From an uncultured Desulfobacter sp. (GTDB lineage Bacteria > Desulfobacterota > Desulfobacteria > Desulfobacterales > Desulfobacteraceae), in contig OY762069.1 of assembly GCA_963665095.1 (NCBI GenBank), positions 1,408,001-1,472,000 of the forward strand: a stretch of DNA of 64,000 nt, in the 5' to 3' direction. Positions 10,699 to 20,736 of the stretch are shown in pieces. Numbering within the stretch: position 1 is the stretch's first letter; every line of letters begins with the position of its first letter. The position numbers and the translations under genes are program-made. The notes beneath the pieces were generated by a model. That model was not told where the DNA came from, did no database searches, and saw only the letters and a list, made by a program, of their open reading frames with translations.

Positions 10699-11842
10699 AG
10701 TTTTCACTGAAATCGCAGAATAGAAACTGGTCTGTTCCATCTCCCAGGTTCAAATCCAGAACAATGGATATTTCATCCTGTTTCATAATCAAGGCGGCCT
10801 GCTTTTCTGCCTCAGGTCCCTGCCATTTTCCCTTATCAACCAAAAGGACATCTCCAAAATAGAGATCCATTTTGTCCTGATCCACCCGGGCCTGGGATCT
10901 GCCGGCTGCAGCAGTAATCCGTCCCCAGTTGGGATCTTCACCGTAAAGGGCTGTTTTGACAAGCGGTGAATGGGCAATGGCCTCGGCTGCTTTAAAGGCA
11001 TCCTGGCGGGTGACAGCCCCTTTGACAACTATGGAAGCAAGTTTTGTGGCCCCTTCGCCATCTTTTATAATCATCTTTGCAAGTTCATAACACACCTCGT
11101 CTAAAAGAGCCTGGAAACTTACAAAGGCGGCATCATTTTCAATAACAGCCTGCCCTGCCCCGCTGGCCATGCACACAAGGGTGTCATTGGTGCTGGTGTC
11201 CCCGTCAACCGTTACCCGGTTAAATGAACAAGACGCCGCATGGGCCAGGGCCTGTTTTAATTTATCGCTGGGAATTGAGGCATCGGTGAATACATAGGCC
11301 AGCATGGTGGCCATATCCGGCCGGATCATGCCGGAGCCTTTGCAAACGCCAGTGATGGTAAAGGTTTTTTCACTGTCTGCAGCAACGCCTGTTCGGGAGA
11401 CAATTTTTTTGCAGGTGTCGGTGGTGAGAATGGCGTCGGCAAAATCATCAAGTGACGCTATATCGAGTGCGGCAGCTGCCTCAGGTATCCCGGCTTTAAA
11501 TTTTTCCATGGGAAGGGGGGCCCCGATGACTCCGGTGGAGGAGACCAGCACAAGGTCAGAATCAATACTCAGGGCCTCGGCCACAAGTTCGACACATTGC
11601 CTTGCATCAGCCACCCCCTGCTGCCCTGTAAAACAGTTGGCGTTTCCTGAATTGACCAGAACAGCCTGGAGCTTCCCATTTTCCATGGTCTTTCGTCCAA
11701 GGATTACAGGGGCTGCAACCACCTGATTACGGGTGAACAACGCAGCGGCACAGGCCGGGGCGTCTGAAAAAATCAACCCCAGGTCTCTGGCATCCTTTTT
11801 TTTAATTCCGGCGCGGATACCGGCAAACTTAAAGCCTTTCAT
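10667..11842 (-). CDS. argJ: Ornithine acetyltransferase / N-acetylglutamate synthase ArgJ
   Basis: NSGNANCFTG, KGSGMIRPDMATML, DGDTSTND, DGEGATK, NWGRI, YVKINADYRT. Start set at MKGFKFAG. Confidence 0.95.
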   Translation of the reverse strand: MKGFKFAGIRAGIKKKDARDLGLIFSDAPACAAALFTRNQVVAAPVILGRKTMENGKLQAVLVNSGNANCFTGQQGVADARQCVELVAEALSIDSDLVLVSSTGVIGAPLPMEKFKAGIPEAAAALDIASLDDFADAILTTDTCKKIVSRTGVAADSEKTFTITGVCKGSGMIRPDMATMLAYVFTDASIPSDKLKQALAHAASCSFNRVTVDGDTSTNDTLVCMASGAGQAVIENDAAFVSFQALLDEVCYELAKMIIKDGEGATKLASIVVKGAVTRQDAFKAAEAIAHSPLVKTALYGEDPNWGRITAAAGRSQARVDQDKMDLYFGDVLLVDKGKWQGPEAEKQAALIMKQDEISIVLDLNLGDGTDQFLFCDFSENYVKINADYRT

Positions 11843-12344
11843 GGTAGCTTTCCTTTTCCTGTCTTCGTCTCCCGGCCGTTTGAAAACCACGTTGAGCAGC
11901 AGATTTCTAACCTGATCCGAGGGCTGCATGACACTTGAATTTGTCATTGGGTATTTTTTCCGGTTATTGCCCATCCATACAAGGCCATTTTGTGCCATTT
12001 CTAAAATGGATGAAAGTGTAAATTTTCCTGCTTTCAAATGAAAATTGACCGTGAATTATAATGGGGTTTTAGACACCTGTAAATACAGATTTTTTAAAGA
12101 GCTTATTAATTTGAAGCTGTTTGTGGCCTTCTTTTTTTTCGGTTTTAATTTGTCACCCAAAGTTTGATATCGAACTATAAAAAATTTGTTAAAAGCTTAT
12201 TGCATAATGAAACACCATGATTGCAGATTGAAACATCTGAATTTTAAGGAAAATTTTCCATTATCAAATGTAAGATACCGATGTTGCAAAGAATTGCATG
12301 CCTTGGACCCACCAAAAAAAATTAAAAAACGGTTAAAAAAGCAT

Positions 12345-12373
12345 TTGACATTAAAAAATTAACTGAGTATACA
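12345..12373 (+). promoter_or_regulatory. Sigma70 promoter of the tetR-sulP operon
   Basis: TTGACA (12345-12350), 17 bp, TATACA (12368-12373). Confidence 0.7.
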
Positions 12374-12399
12374 CTCAAATAAATTGAGTAGTCACTCAA
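12364..12399. promoter_or_regulatory. Tandem palindromic operators TGAGT-N4-ACTCA (probable TetR autoregulatory sites)
   Basis: TGAGTATACACTCA (12364-12377) overlaps the -10; TTGAGTAGTCACTCAA (12384-12399) lies just upstream of the RBS. Confidence 0.7.
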
Positions 12400-12413
12400 A
12401 TTTAAGAGGTGTT

Positions 12414-12992
12414 ATGTCAAAAAAAGATGCCATACTGCAGGCTGCCACAGTGCTGTTTTCCAAAAATGGATTCAAAGAGACCTCCACTGCTGATCTGGCC
12501 AAAATGATCAATGTGGCGGAAGGAACCATTTTTTATCATTTCAAGACCAAGGACAAACTGTTCCTTGCAGTTCTTGAAGAGACCAAAAGAATGATTCTGG
12601 AAGAATTTGACGCCTATATGGGAAACCAGCAGTTTGACAGCGGCATGGGCATGATTGAACGCGCGGTCTCCTTCCACCTATACCTGGCAGGCATTATGGA
12701 AAACCAGTTTCTGCTGCTGCACCGGTACTACCCCTATCAGATGGCCGAGGTGTTACCCGAGTGCCGCAGTAATCTGGAGGCCATTTATGACTGTCTGGTG
12801 TCCATTTATGAAGAAGCCATTGAGATCGGACAAAAGGACGGATCCATTGATCCGTTGCCTGCCCGGAAAACCGCATTGATCATCTTTTCCATGGTGGACG
12901 GGGTGGTCAGGTTCAAGACGTACAACCTGTACAATGCCAATGCCCTTTTCAGTGAAATGGTCACTGCCTGCAGGCGCATGCTAAAGACTTAG
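12414..12992 (+). CDS. TetR/AcrR family transcriptional regulator
   Basis: ILQAATVLFSKNGFKETSTADLAKMINVAEGTIFYHFKTK HTH; RBS GAGG before ATG 12414. Confidence 0.93.
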   Translation: MSKKDAILQAATVLFSKNGFKETSTADLAKMINVAEGTIFYHFKTKDKLFLAVLEETKRMILEEFDAYMGNQQFDSGMGMIERAVSFHLYLAGIMENQFLLLHRYYPYQMAEVLPECRSNLEAIYDCLVSIYEEAIEIGQKDGSIDPLPARKTALIIFSMVDGVVRFKTYNLYNANALFSEMVTACRRMLKT

Positions 12993-13018
12993 ACAATCAA
13001 CTTAGAAAGGTGTTCGAC

Positions 13019-15154
13019 ATGTTATCCAAAATACTGCCGTTCATAGAGTGGTTCAAGGATTACTCCCTTGCCAAATTCAGAATTGATTTTGTGGCAGGAC
13101 TGACTGTGGCCCTGGTGCTTATTCCTCAGTCCATGGCCTATGCCCAGCTAGCAGGTCTACCGGCCTATTATGGGCTTTATGCGGCGTTTCTGCCGCCCAT
13201 GATTGCCTCCTTGTTCGGGTCCAGCCGGCAGCTGGCCACAGGTCCTGTGGCAATTGTCTCCCTGATGACAGCAGCAAGTCTTGAGCCGCTGGCGTCTGCC
13301 GGAAGTGAGGCCTTTATTGCCTATGCCATCATCCTGGCCATGACCATTGGCGTGTTTCAGCTGCTTCTTGGCATACTGCGTTTGGGGCTTATCGTCAATT
13401 TTCTGTCCCATCCGGTGGTGAATGGTTTTACCAACGCGGGTGCTATCATTATTGCCACCTCCCAGTTGTCTAAAATGTTTGGCGTATACGTGGACAAGGC
13501 CCCCCACCACTATGAAACCATTATCCGGGTGGTGGAAAGCGCCTTTCATTATACCCATCTGCCCACCCTTGGAATGGGGGTCTTATCCATTGCCATCATG
13601 GTGGGTTTAAAGCGGATCAATCCAAGAATTCCGTATGTGCTTGCTGCAGTGGCTGTTACCACCATCCTCTCCTGGACCATGGGATTTCAGCATAATGTCA
13701 CAGTGTCACTTGACCAGATTCACAATGAGCAGGTTCAAAAGGATATTATTCAATTTAACGAGACAGTAGAGACCATTGCCGCGTTAAGTACGGAACGTAC
13801 CCTGTTTACTTCCAAACTGGAAGGCAGCCATGATGCAAGCCCGCTGGACAGACTCGATCTTGAATACCAGTCCCGGGTGCTGACTGCTAAAATCGATGGG
13901 GCCAAGGCCAAAGCCTCTGAAATTCGAACCAGACTTAGAAACATTAAATTCGCTGCTGTGGGAGAAAAGGAGAACAGCCTTGTTTTTTTTCCGGAAGCCG
14001 ATTTGGGAACTGTCCCACGGCATGATGACCGGGTATACCGTATGCGTATCGGAAACAAAGTGCTCAAAACCGAAAGTCTGCTGATCTCAGGAGGCGGTGC
14101 TGTTGTGGGTGAAATCCCAAAAGGCCTTCCCAAGATCGGGATACCGAAAATTACCGTTTCCATCTTCTTTCAGCTGCTCCCCTATGCAATTATCATCTCC
14201 CTGCTCGGCTTCATGGAAGCCATTGCCATTGCCAAGGCCATGGCAGCCAAAACCGGCCAGAGGCTGGACCCAAACCAGGAGCTTATTGGCCAGGGCCTTT
14301 CCAATATTATCGGCTCCTTTGGTAAAAGCTATCCGGTTTCCGGATCTTTTTCCAGAAGTGCGGTAAACCTTCAGGCTGGCGCTGTTACCGGTCTTTCCAG
14401 TGTTATTACAAGCCTGATGGTTATCATCACCCTGCTGTTTTTCACCCCGTTGCTTTATCATCTGCCCCAGGCTGTTCTGGCCTCGGTTATCATGATGGCG
14501 GTAATCGGTCTGGTGAATGTTTCCGGTTTTGTCCATGCCTGGAAAGCCCAGTGGTATGACGGCCTGATTTCAGTGATCACCTTTGTGGTTACGCTTGCCG
14601 TAGCCCCCCACCTTGAAAGCGGTATTTATATCGGTGTGGGCTTGTCCTTGGGCGTATTCCTGTATAAATGCATGCGTCCCAGAATCAGTTCCCTGTCCCG
14701 CGGAGAGGATCAATCTTTAAAAGACTCCTGCGTTCATGAACTTGCCACCTGTGAACACATCGAACTGATCCGGTTTGAAGGCCCCTTGTTTTTTGCCAAT
14801 GCAAGCTATCTTGAAGACGAAATTAATGACCGGATTCAAAATGCAACAAATCTGCGGCATATCATTATTGCCTGTAACGGTGTAAATGATATAGATGCAT
14901 CAGGACAGGAAACACTGGCTCTGGTGATCCAGCGTCTGAGAAGTGCCGGCTACGGCGTCTCATTAAGCGGGGTCAATGATGCTGTATACAAAGTACTTGA
15001 GCGTACCCATCTGCTGGAAGAAATCGGGGTACACAATATTTACCCGACCATGGAAAGAGCCCTGTCAAGCGTCCATGCACAGACGCATGTCGGCTCCACG
15101 GAAAATCAGTGTCCATTGCTTGTAAACTGTCTGAGCACGGAATCAACGAATTAA
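13019..15154 (+). CDS. SulP/SLC26 anion (sulfate) permease with STAS domain
   Basis: DFVAGLTVALVLIPQSMAYA, NQELIGQG, GSFSRSAVN, C-terminal STAS (RFEGPLFFANA). Confidence 0.93.
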   Translation: MLSKILPFIEWFKDYSLAKFRIDFVAGLTVALVLIPQSMAYAQLAGLPAYYGLYAAFLPPMIASLFGSSRQLATGPVAIVSLMTAASLEPLASAGSEAFIAYAIILAMTIGVFQLLLGILRLGLIVNFLSHPVVNGFTNAGAIIIATSQLSKMFGVYVDKAPHHYETIIRVVESAFHYTHLPTLGMGVLSIAIMVGLKRINPRIPYVLAAVAVTTILSWTMGFQHNVTVSLDQIHNEQVQKDIIQFNETVETIAALSTERTLFTSKLEGSHDASPLDRLDLEYQSRVLTAKIDGAKAKASEIRTRLRNIKFAAVGEKENSLVFFPEADLGTVPRHDDRVYRMRIGNKVLKTESLLISGGGAVVGEIPKGLPKIGIPKITVSIFFQLLPYAIIISLLGFMEAIAIAKAMAAKTGQRLDPNQELIGQGLSNIIGSFGKSYPVSGSFSRSAVNLQAGAVTGLSSVITSLMVIITLLFFTPLLYHLPQAVLASVIMMAVIGLVNVSGFVHAWKAQWYDGLISVITFVVTLAVAPHLESGIYIGVGLSLGVFLYKCMRPRISSLSRGEDQSLKDSCVHELATCEHIELIRFEGPLFFANASYLEDEINDRIQNATNLRHIIIACNGVNDIDASGQETLALVIQRLRSAGYGVSLSGVNDAVYKVLERTHLLEEIGVHNIYPTMERALSSVHAQTHVGSTENQCPLLVNCLSTESTN

Positions 15155-15170
15155 ATAAAGGAGATATCCC

Positions 15171-16391
15171 ATGTCTATACTGACATTTTTCAGCGGTTCA
15201 TATTGCGGCAAAGAGTCTATCATTTCAGATGTTGTTAACCAGAGCGGATTCAAGCATTTGTCTGACAACGATCTGGTGGCAAAGGCAAGCGCGCTGTCCG
15301 GCATGCAGGAAAAAAAGATCGCACGGTCTTTCCTTGAAAAGCCATCCGTTTTCAATAAGTTCACCCATGAAAAAGAGCGGGCCACCGCCTATCTGCGCCT
15401 GGCTGTAGCCGAATACCTGTCAGAGGAAAACTATGTGATTGACGGATTTTCAAGCCTTTTGATTCCTGCTTCCATCAGCCATGTGTTAAGAATCTGCCTG
15501 ATTGCCGACAGAGCATTTCGAATCAACCAGGCCGAAAAAGAACACAGCCTGAGTGAAAAAGACGCCGCCAGCCTGATTGCCAAAGATGATGAACGGTTCA
15601 GCCAGTGGTCTGATACCCTTTATAAAATTTCAGATCCCTGGGATACCTCTTTATATGATATGATTCTTCCCACGGATAAAATGCCCAGTAACGAGGCAGT
15701 CACTCTGATCATTGACAACCTTAAAAATGAAGTGATCCAACCCACCAAAGCCTCCATGAAAGCAGCCCAGGATTTTGTTCTGGCTGCCCGGGTGGAAGTG
15801 GCCCTGTCAAAGGAGGGGCATGCCGTCGGCGTGACTGTACGTGACGGGCTTGTCACTTTGACCATTAATACCAATGTGCTGCTTTTGGGCCGGCTTGAAG
15901 ATGAGTTAAAATCCATTGTGGGCCAGGTTGAAGGGGTCTCTTCGGTTGAGACCCGTATTGGTAAGGGTTTTTACCAGGCAGATATTTACCGAAGGTTCGA
16001 TTTCCAGGTGCCGTCCAAGGTGCTGCTTGTGGATGATGAGCGGGAGTTTGTTCAAACCCTGTCCGAGCGTCTGCAAATGAGAGATGTTGGCTCAGCCATT
16101 GCTTACGACGGAGAATCCGCATTGAATCTGGTGGAAGAGGATCAGCCGGATGTCATGATTCTTGACCTGAAAATGCCGGGTATTGACGGCATTGAAGTGT
16201 TAAAGAAAGTAAAGGAAAACCGTCCGGAAATAGAAGTGATCATACTGACAGGCCATGGTTCGGAAGCAGACAAAGAGATCTGTATGAAACTTGGAGCCTA
16301 TGCCTACCTGCAAAAGCCTGTTGATATAGAAGAGTTGAGCCGGACTCTGAAGGCGGCCAATGAAAAGATCCAGAAAAACGCCAAAGCATAA
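15171..16391 (+). CDS. Response regulator with N-terminal cytidylate-kinase-like and BON-like domains
   Basis: C-terminal receiver (VLLVDDE, ILDLKMPG, TGHG, QKP); N-terminus resembles the cytidylate kinase-like family (YDMILPTDKM). Confidence 0.8.
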   Translation: MSILTFFSGSYCGKESIISDVVNQSGFKHLSDNDLVAKASALSGMQEKKIARSFLEKPSVFNKFTHEKERATAYLRLAVAEYLSEENYVIDGFSSLLIPASISHVLRICLIADRAFRINQAEKEHSLSEKDAASLIAKDDERFSQWSDTLYKISDPWDTSLYDMILPTDKMPSNEAVTLIIDNLKNEVIQPTKASMKAAQDFVLAARVEVALSKEGHAVGVTVRDGLVTLTINTNVLLLGRLEDELKSIVGQVEGVSSVETRIGKGFYQADIYRRFDFQVPSKVLLVDDEREFVQTLSERLQMRDVGSAIAYDGESALNLVEEDQPDVMILDLKMPGIDGIEVLKKVKENRPEIEVIILTGHGSEADKEICMKLGAYAYLQKPVDIEELSRTLKAANEKIQKNAKA

Positions 16392-16423
16392 ACTTTAACA
16401 CAGCCGGGAAATGAATCACCATT

Positions 16424-18151
16424 ATGGTACAGGAAAACCAAAAAACTGAAAACGGTACGGAAACACAAGAACGGGAAACCAGACTTCTGCGTGGGGAGTT
16501 CTTGAACTACCGCAGAATCTGGCTGCTCTCTTTTGTGCTGACCGCAGCCTTTGCCATAATTCCTGTGATTTTTTTTGCTGTCATTGATTATAACCTGACC
16601 CGGGGCTCCCTTGAAAATGATGCCGAGGCCCGTGCTTCCCGCCTGGCCTCAAACACCTGGCGTTCAATCTCCTTTTTTCTGGATGAACGTAAGAATGCCT
16701 TGAGCTATGTGGTCCGGGCCGATGCGTTTGAAGATCTGTGCGCACCAAAGCGTCTTGCTGATATTTTATCCAACCTGCACAAAAGCTTTGGCGGGTTTAC
16801 GGACATCGGCATTATTGATGCGTCAGGGGTTCAGCAGGCCTATGCCGGACCCTACAACCTGGCTGGGAAAAACTATAAGGACCAGCAGTGGTTTAAAACC
16901 ACCATGACCCAGGGGGCATCGGTCAGCGAGGTATTTCTGGGATACAGAAATGTGCCTCACATCTCCATTGCTGTGCGTCATGAAGCCCCGGGCAATGCTC
17001 ATTTTGTCATCCGTGCCACCATGGAACACCAGTTGCCCCAGATTCTGTCTCAGGTTCAGACCTGTTACTCAGGCGACGCCTTTTTGATCAATGCCCGGGG
17101 TGTCCTTCAAACCCCTTCCCGCTATTTTGGTGATGTGTTTGAAAAAACCAACATCCAATTGCTGCCTGCCACCGGAAAAACACGTACCATGTACTTGAAA
17201 ATGAAAGAGGGTGAGGATATGATTACAGCTTTCCGGCATATCCCGGAGACTCCTTTTGTCCTGATGATTCTTAAATCAAGGCAGGTACTCATGTCTCCCT
17301 GGCATGACAGTCAGGTGGCCCTGATTAAATATCTGGGTATCAGTATATCCATCATCCTGATATGGATCTGGGCTGTGACGGCATATTTAGTCCGGCGCCT
17401 GAAGAATCTGGATCAGAAGCGGGCCAAGTATTCCCATGCAGCTGAATATGCCAACAAAATGGCCTCCATCGGCCGTCTGGCTGCCGGCGTGGCCCATGAG
17501 ATCAATAATCCTTTGGCCATTATTAATGAAAAAGCAGGTTTGATTAAGGATATGGTCTACTTTAAGCAGGAACTGAAAGATGATCCGCGTCTGATGGAGA
17601 TTGTGGATATTATTCTGGCTTCTGTGAAGCGCTGTTCCAGAATTACCCGGCAGCTGCTAAGTTTTGGACGGCAGACCCAGACAGCATCCGAACCCTTGAC
17701 CTTGAAAACCGTTCTTGATGAAGTGCTGATATTTTTATTAAAAGAGGCAGAGTTAAAAAAGATTCACATTAACATTGATGTGCCTGAGACCCTGCCCCAG
17801 GTGATCGCAAACCGGGGAAAGTTGCAACAGATTTTATTAAATATTATCAACAATGCCTTTGCAGCCATGCCCCAGGAGGGTGCTTTGACCATTACGGCCC
17901 AGGAGACAGACAAGCCTTTTGCCCGCCTGGATATCAGCGACACCGGCTCCGGCATTTCACAGGAAAACCTTAAACAGATTTTTGAACCGTTTTTTTCCAC
18001 AAAAACCAATCAGGGCGGTACAGGCTTAGGTCTTTCAATTACCTATGGACTGATCCAGGAGCTTGGCGGAAGAATTGAAGCACATAGTGAAATAAACCAG
18101 GGCACAACTTTTACGGTATATCTTCCCATTAATCAAAAGAAAGAAGAGTAA
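16424..18151 (+). CDS. Sensor histidine kinase with extracytoplasmic Cache-like domain
   Basis: Two TM segments, AAGVAHEINNPL, DTGSG, FFSTK..GGTGLGL. Confidence 0.92.
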   Translation: MVQENQKTENGTETQERETRLLRGEFLNYRRIWLLSFVLTAAFAIIPVIFFAVIDYNLTRGSLENDAEARASRLASNTWRSISFFLDERKNALSYVVRADAFEDLCAPKRLADILSNLHKSFGGFTDIGIIDASGVQQAYAGPYNLAGKNYKDQQWFKTTMTQGASVSEVFLGYRNVPHISIAVRHEAPGNAHFVIRATMEHQLPQILSQVQTCYSGDAFLINARGVLQTPSRYFGDVFEKTNIQLLPATGKTRTMYLKMKEGEDMITAFRHIPETPFVLMILKSRQVLMSPWHDSQVALIKYLGISISIILIWIWAVTAYLVRRLKNLDQKRAKYSHAAEYANKMASIGRLAAGVAHEINNPLAIINEKAGLIKDMVYFKQELKDDPRLMEIVDIILASVKRCSRITRQLLSFGRQTQTASEPLTLKTVLDEVLIFLLKEAELKKIHINIDVPETLPQVIANRGKLQQILLNIINNAFAAMPQEGALTITAQETDKPFARLDISDTGSGISQENLKQIFEPFFSTKTNQGGTGLGLSITYGLIQELGGRIEAHSEINQGTTFTVYLPINQKKEE

Positions 18152-18154
18152 CGT

Positions 18155-18526
18155 ATGCAGGTACTATTGGTCGATGACGAAAGAGAACTTGTATCCACAC
18201 TGGCTGAACGCCTGGGATACAGAGGTATTAATGCCGACTGGGCGGTGACCCCGGCAGATGCCGTTGCCATGCTGTCGGAACAAAGGTATGACATTGCTGT
18301 TCTGGATGTCCAGATGCCGGATATGGACGGATTCGAGCTTAAGGAAAAAATGGAACTTCTGCGTCCAGATCTTAAATTTATTTTCATGACCGGTCACGGC
18401 TCAGAGGAGTGTTACCATAAAGGATGCTCTGAGACCGGTGAGGCCTTCTACCTTGTCAAGCCGGTGGAAATTGACAGCCTCATTGAAAAGCTCAACCAGG
18501 TCATGCTACAGGGAGAAGAAGGTTGA
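18155..18526 (+). CDS. Single-domain response regulator
   Basis: VLLVDDE, VLDVQMPDMDG, MTGHG, VKP. Confidence 0.92.
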   Translation: MQVLLVDDERELVSTLAERLGYRGINADWAVTPADAVAMLSEQRYDIAVLDVQMPDMDGFELKEKMELLRPDLKFIFMTGHGSEECYHKGCSETGEAFYLVKPVEIDSLIEKLNQVMLQGEEG

Positions 18527-19182
18527 ATCAGACAGTTGAACAAATTACACAGCAGTATGGTCTGGCCTATTTCGGCCGGATGGGGGCCAGCATCTCCCAT
18601 GATATTAAAAACTGCCTGGCCATCATCAATGAGAATGCGGGGCTCATGTCAGACCTGTTAATGATGGCTCAAAAGGGCGTCCCTCCTGAATTAGATCGTT
18701 TTTCAAACATTGTTCAGCGCATTGAAAAACAGATCGGCAGAGCTGATGGTATTGTCAAGTCCATGAACATGTTTTCCCACTCCATGGACCGGCCGGATCA
18801 GCAGATAGATATTGATGAGGCGGTAGGCTTGACTGTGACGCTTGGGGCACGGATCTGTGCCAATGCAGGCCTTGACATCGTCCATATCCCTTCTGCTGAA
18901 AAGCGCTATGTTAAAGGCTCTTTTTTCTTTATTTTATTCCTGATCTGGACAATTTTGGAAAATGCCACGGAAAACCTTGCATCCGGGGGCGTTCTCAATA
19001 TATCTTCAAAAGAGGATGATAACAAACAGGTGTCTGTTGCCTTCGAGTGTGACCACCCTTTCAGTCAGAATTTGGGCACACGAATGGACGAACAGGATAT
19101 GGTTCAGGTGCTTGAACTTTTCAAGGCACAGTTTATAGTTGATGCCCAGAACGGATCGGCAACACTTGTATTCAAAAAATAG
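18523..19182 (+). CDS. HisKA protein with degenerate ATPase domain (possible phosphotransferase)
   Basis: H-box ASISHDIKNCLAII; N-box-like ILENA; no DxGxG or GxGLG boxes visible. Confidence 0.65.
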   Translation: MNQTVEQITQQYGLAYFGRMGASISHDIKNCLAIINENAGLMSDLLMMAQKGVPPELDRFSNIVQRIEKQIGRADGIVKSMNMFSHSMDRPDQQIDIDEAVGLTVTLGARICANAGLDIVHIPSAEKRYVKGSFFFILFLIWTILENATENLASGGVLNISSKEDDNKQVSVAFECDHPFSQNLGTRMDEQDMVQVLELFKAQFIVDAQNGSATLVFKK

Positions 19183-19265
19183 GAAAATAATTAAAATTCC
19201 TTTGGCACTGGCTGTACCGGACCTTATAAGAGGGAATTTCACAATTTAAAAGGAGATCAAAGGCA

Positions 19266-19694
19266 ATGAGTGAAAAAGTACTGATCATAGACGACGAACA
19301 GGAGTTCATGGATGCCCTGGCCGAAAGAATGACGCATCGGGGAATGGACGTGACCACTTCAAGTTCCGCCATTGATGCCTTGCAAAGCGTTGAGGAGAAA
19401 TCCTTTGACGTGGTGGTCCTTGATCTGCAGATGCCGGAAATGGACGGCATAGAAACCTTAAAAATTTTAAAGAAAAAGAAACCTGAACTTCAAGTCATCC
19501 TGCTAACAGGCCATGCCACAGTTGAAAAAGGGATTGAGGCTATGAAGCTTGGGGCCATGGACCTTCTGGAAAAACCGGCGGATCTGACCACACTGACTGA
19601 AAAAATCAAAAAAGCACAGGCCAAAAAGATGATTCTGGTGGAAAAGAAAGCTGAAGCCCGGATCAAGGATATTATGGAAACAAGGGGGTGGTAG
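19266..19694 (+). CDS. Response regulator receiver protein
   Basis: VLIIDDE, VLDLQMPEMDG, LTGHA, EKP. Confidence 0.92.
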   Translation: MSEKVLIIDDEQEFMDALAERMTHRGMDVTTSSSAIDALQSVEEKSFDVVVLDLQMPEMDGIETLKILKKKKPELQVILLTGHATVEKGIEAMKLGAMDLLEKPADLTTLTEKIKKAQAKKMILVEKKAEARIKDIMETRGW

Positions 19695-19738
19695 ACCCTT
19701 AAAAATCCGGCAGGCCCTTTGACCGAATGCAGGATGGG

Positions 19739-19768
19739 GGGGCAGAAGCATTTTTTTTCTTCTGCCCC
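19739..19768. terminator. Hairpin downstream of the sulP/two-component operon
   Basis: GGGGCAGAAG-N10-CTTCTGCCCC, perfect 10-bp inverted repeat. Confidence 0.5.
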
Positions 19769-20032
19769 GCAGGCCTGCTTTTATCACCAATCCTTCCGCG
19801 TCAAAATCAGGGTAATAATATCATCTTTGCCCGTTTACAGTATTTGCGAAATCCGTTACAACCTGTCATCACCAGCCCGGGTTATACTGTCTTCCTGTAA
19901 ATAAAGTTTGTTTTCGCAACTGTTTTTTCAGCTCAAAAGCCCGCCGGGGTTGTTATTCTGCCTGGTTTAGTTTATATAAGGCACCGTATTTAAAATAAAG
20001 AAACTAATCAGGCACCGGGTTTTGTCAGAAAT

Positions 20033-20707
20033 ATGGAAATTTCAATAACTGATCTGTGTAAATATTTAGGGGTCTCCCGCACCACCATTGAACGCTGGAT
20101 TCGTCAGGGGAAATTTCCCGAACCTAAAAGAGGAAGTGCCTGGACCTTTCAGTCCATGGATTTAAAAAGATGGGCTTCCAAAAATAATATCACACTGAAT
20201 TTTGAACCACGCCCTGACCCAAAGTCCGGCACAAAACAGCAGGTGTCATTGTCAGAGGCGCTTGAAGCGGGCGGGGTTTATCACCAGGTTAGCGGCGGGG
20301 ATATTGCATCCGTTCTCAACGCCTGTATTGAAAAAATAGACGCTGTACAGAAAAAATTTAAAGCAGGACTCTTAGAACAATTAACCGAGCGGGAAGAGGC
20401 TTTGTCAACAGGAGTTGGCGGCGGTGTTGCCATTCCCCACCCGAGAACCCCTCTAACCTATCTTGCACAACCGGTTGTGGCGGCCTGTTTTCTCAAGAAT
20501 CCGGTTGACTACAAAGCCTTGGACAATCAGCCGGTATTTGTCCTGTTTTTTATTTTATATCCGGAATTAACATTTCATCTGCAATTGCTCTCCTCTCTTT
20601 CTTTTTGTCTGCGGAACAAGGAGTTCAGCCGGTTTTTAAAAACCTGCCCTGAAAAATCCGAACTGATTGAAAGAATTGACACCCTGCAGTTGTCTGAAAA
20701 AATGTAA
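20033..20707 (+). CDS. Excisionase-type HTH fused to PTS EIIA (Ntr/Fru type) domain
   Basis: LCKYLGVSRTTIERWIRQG HTH; EREEALSTGVGGGVAIPHPR with phosphorylatable His. Confidence 0.88.
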   Translation: MEISITDLCKYLGVSRTTIERWIRQGKFPEPKRGSAWTFQSMDLKRWASKNNITLNFEPRPDPKSGTKQQVSLSEALEAGGVYHQVSGGDIASVLNACIEKIDAVQKKFKAGLLEQLTEREEALSTGVGGGVAIPHPRTPLTYLAQPVVAACFLKNPVDYKALDNQPVFVLFFILYPELTFHLQLLSSLSFCLRNKEFSRFLKTCPEKSELIERIDTLQLSEKM

Positions 20708-20736
20708 GCTGTATTGCCGGGCAAAGACAATCTACC

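Noticed and set aside
11843..12037. N-terminal extension of argJ in the ORF track
   Set aside because: No ArgJ similarity; the family N-terminus begins at MKGFKFAG.
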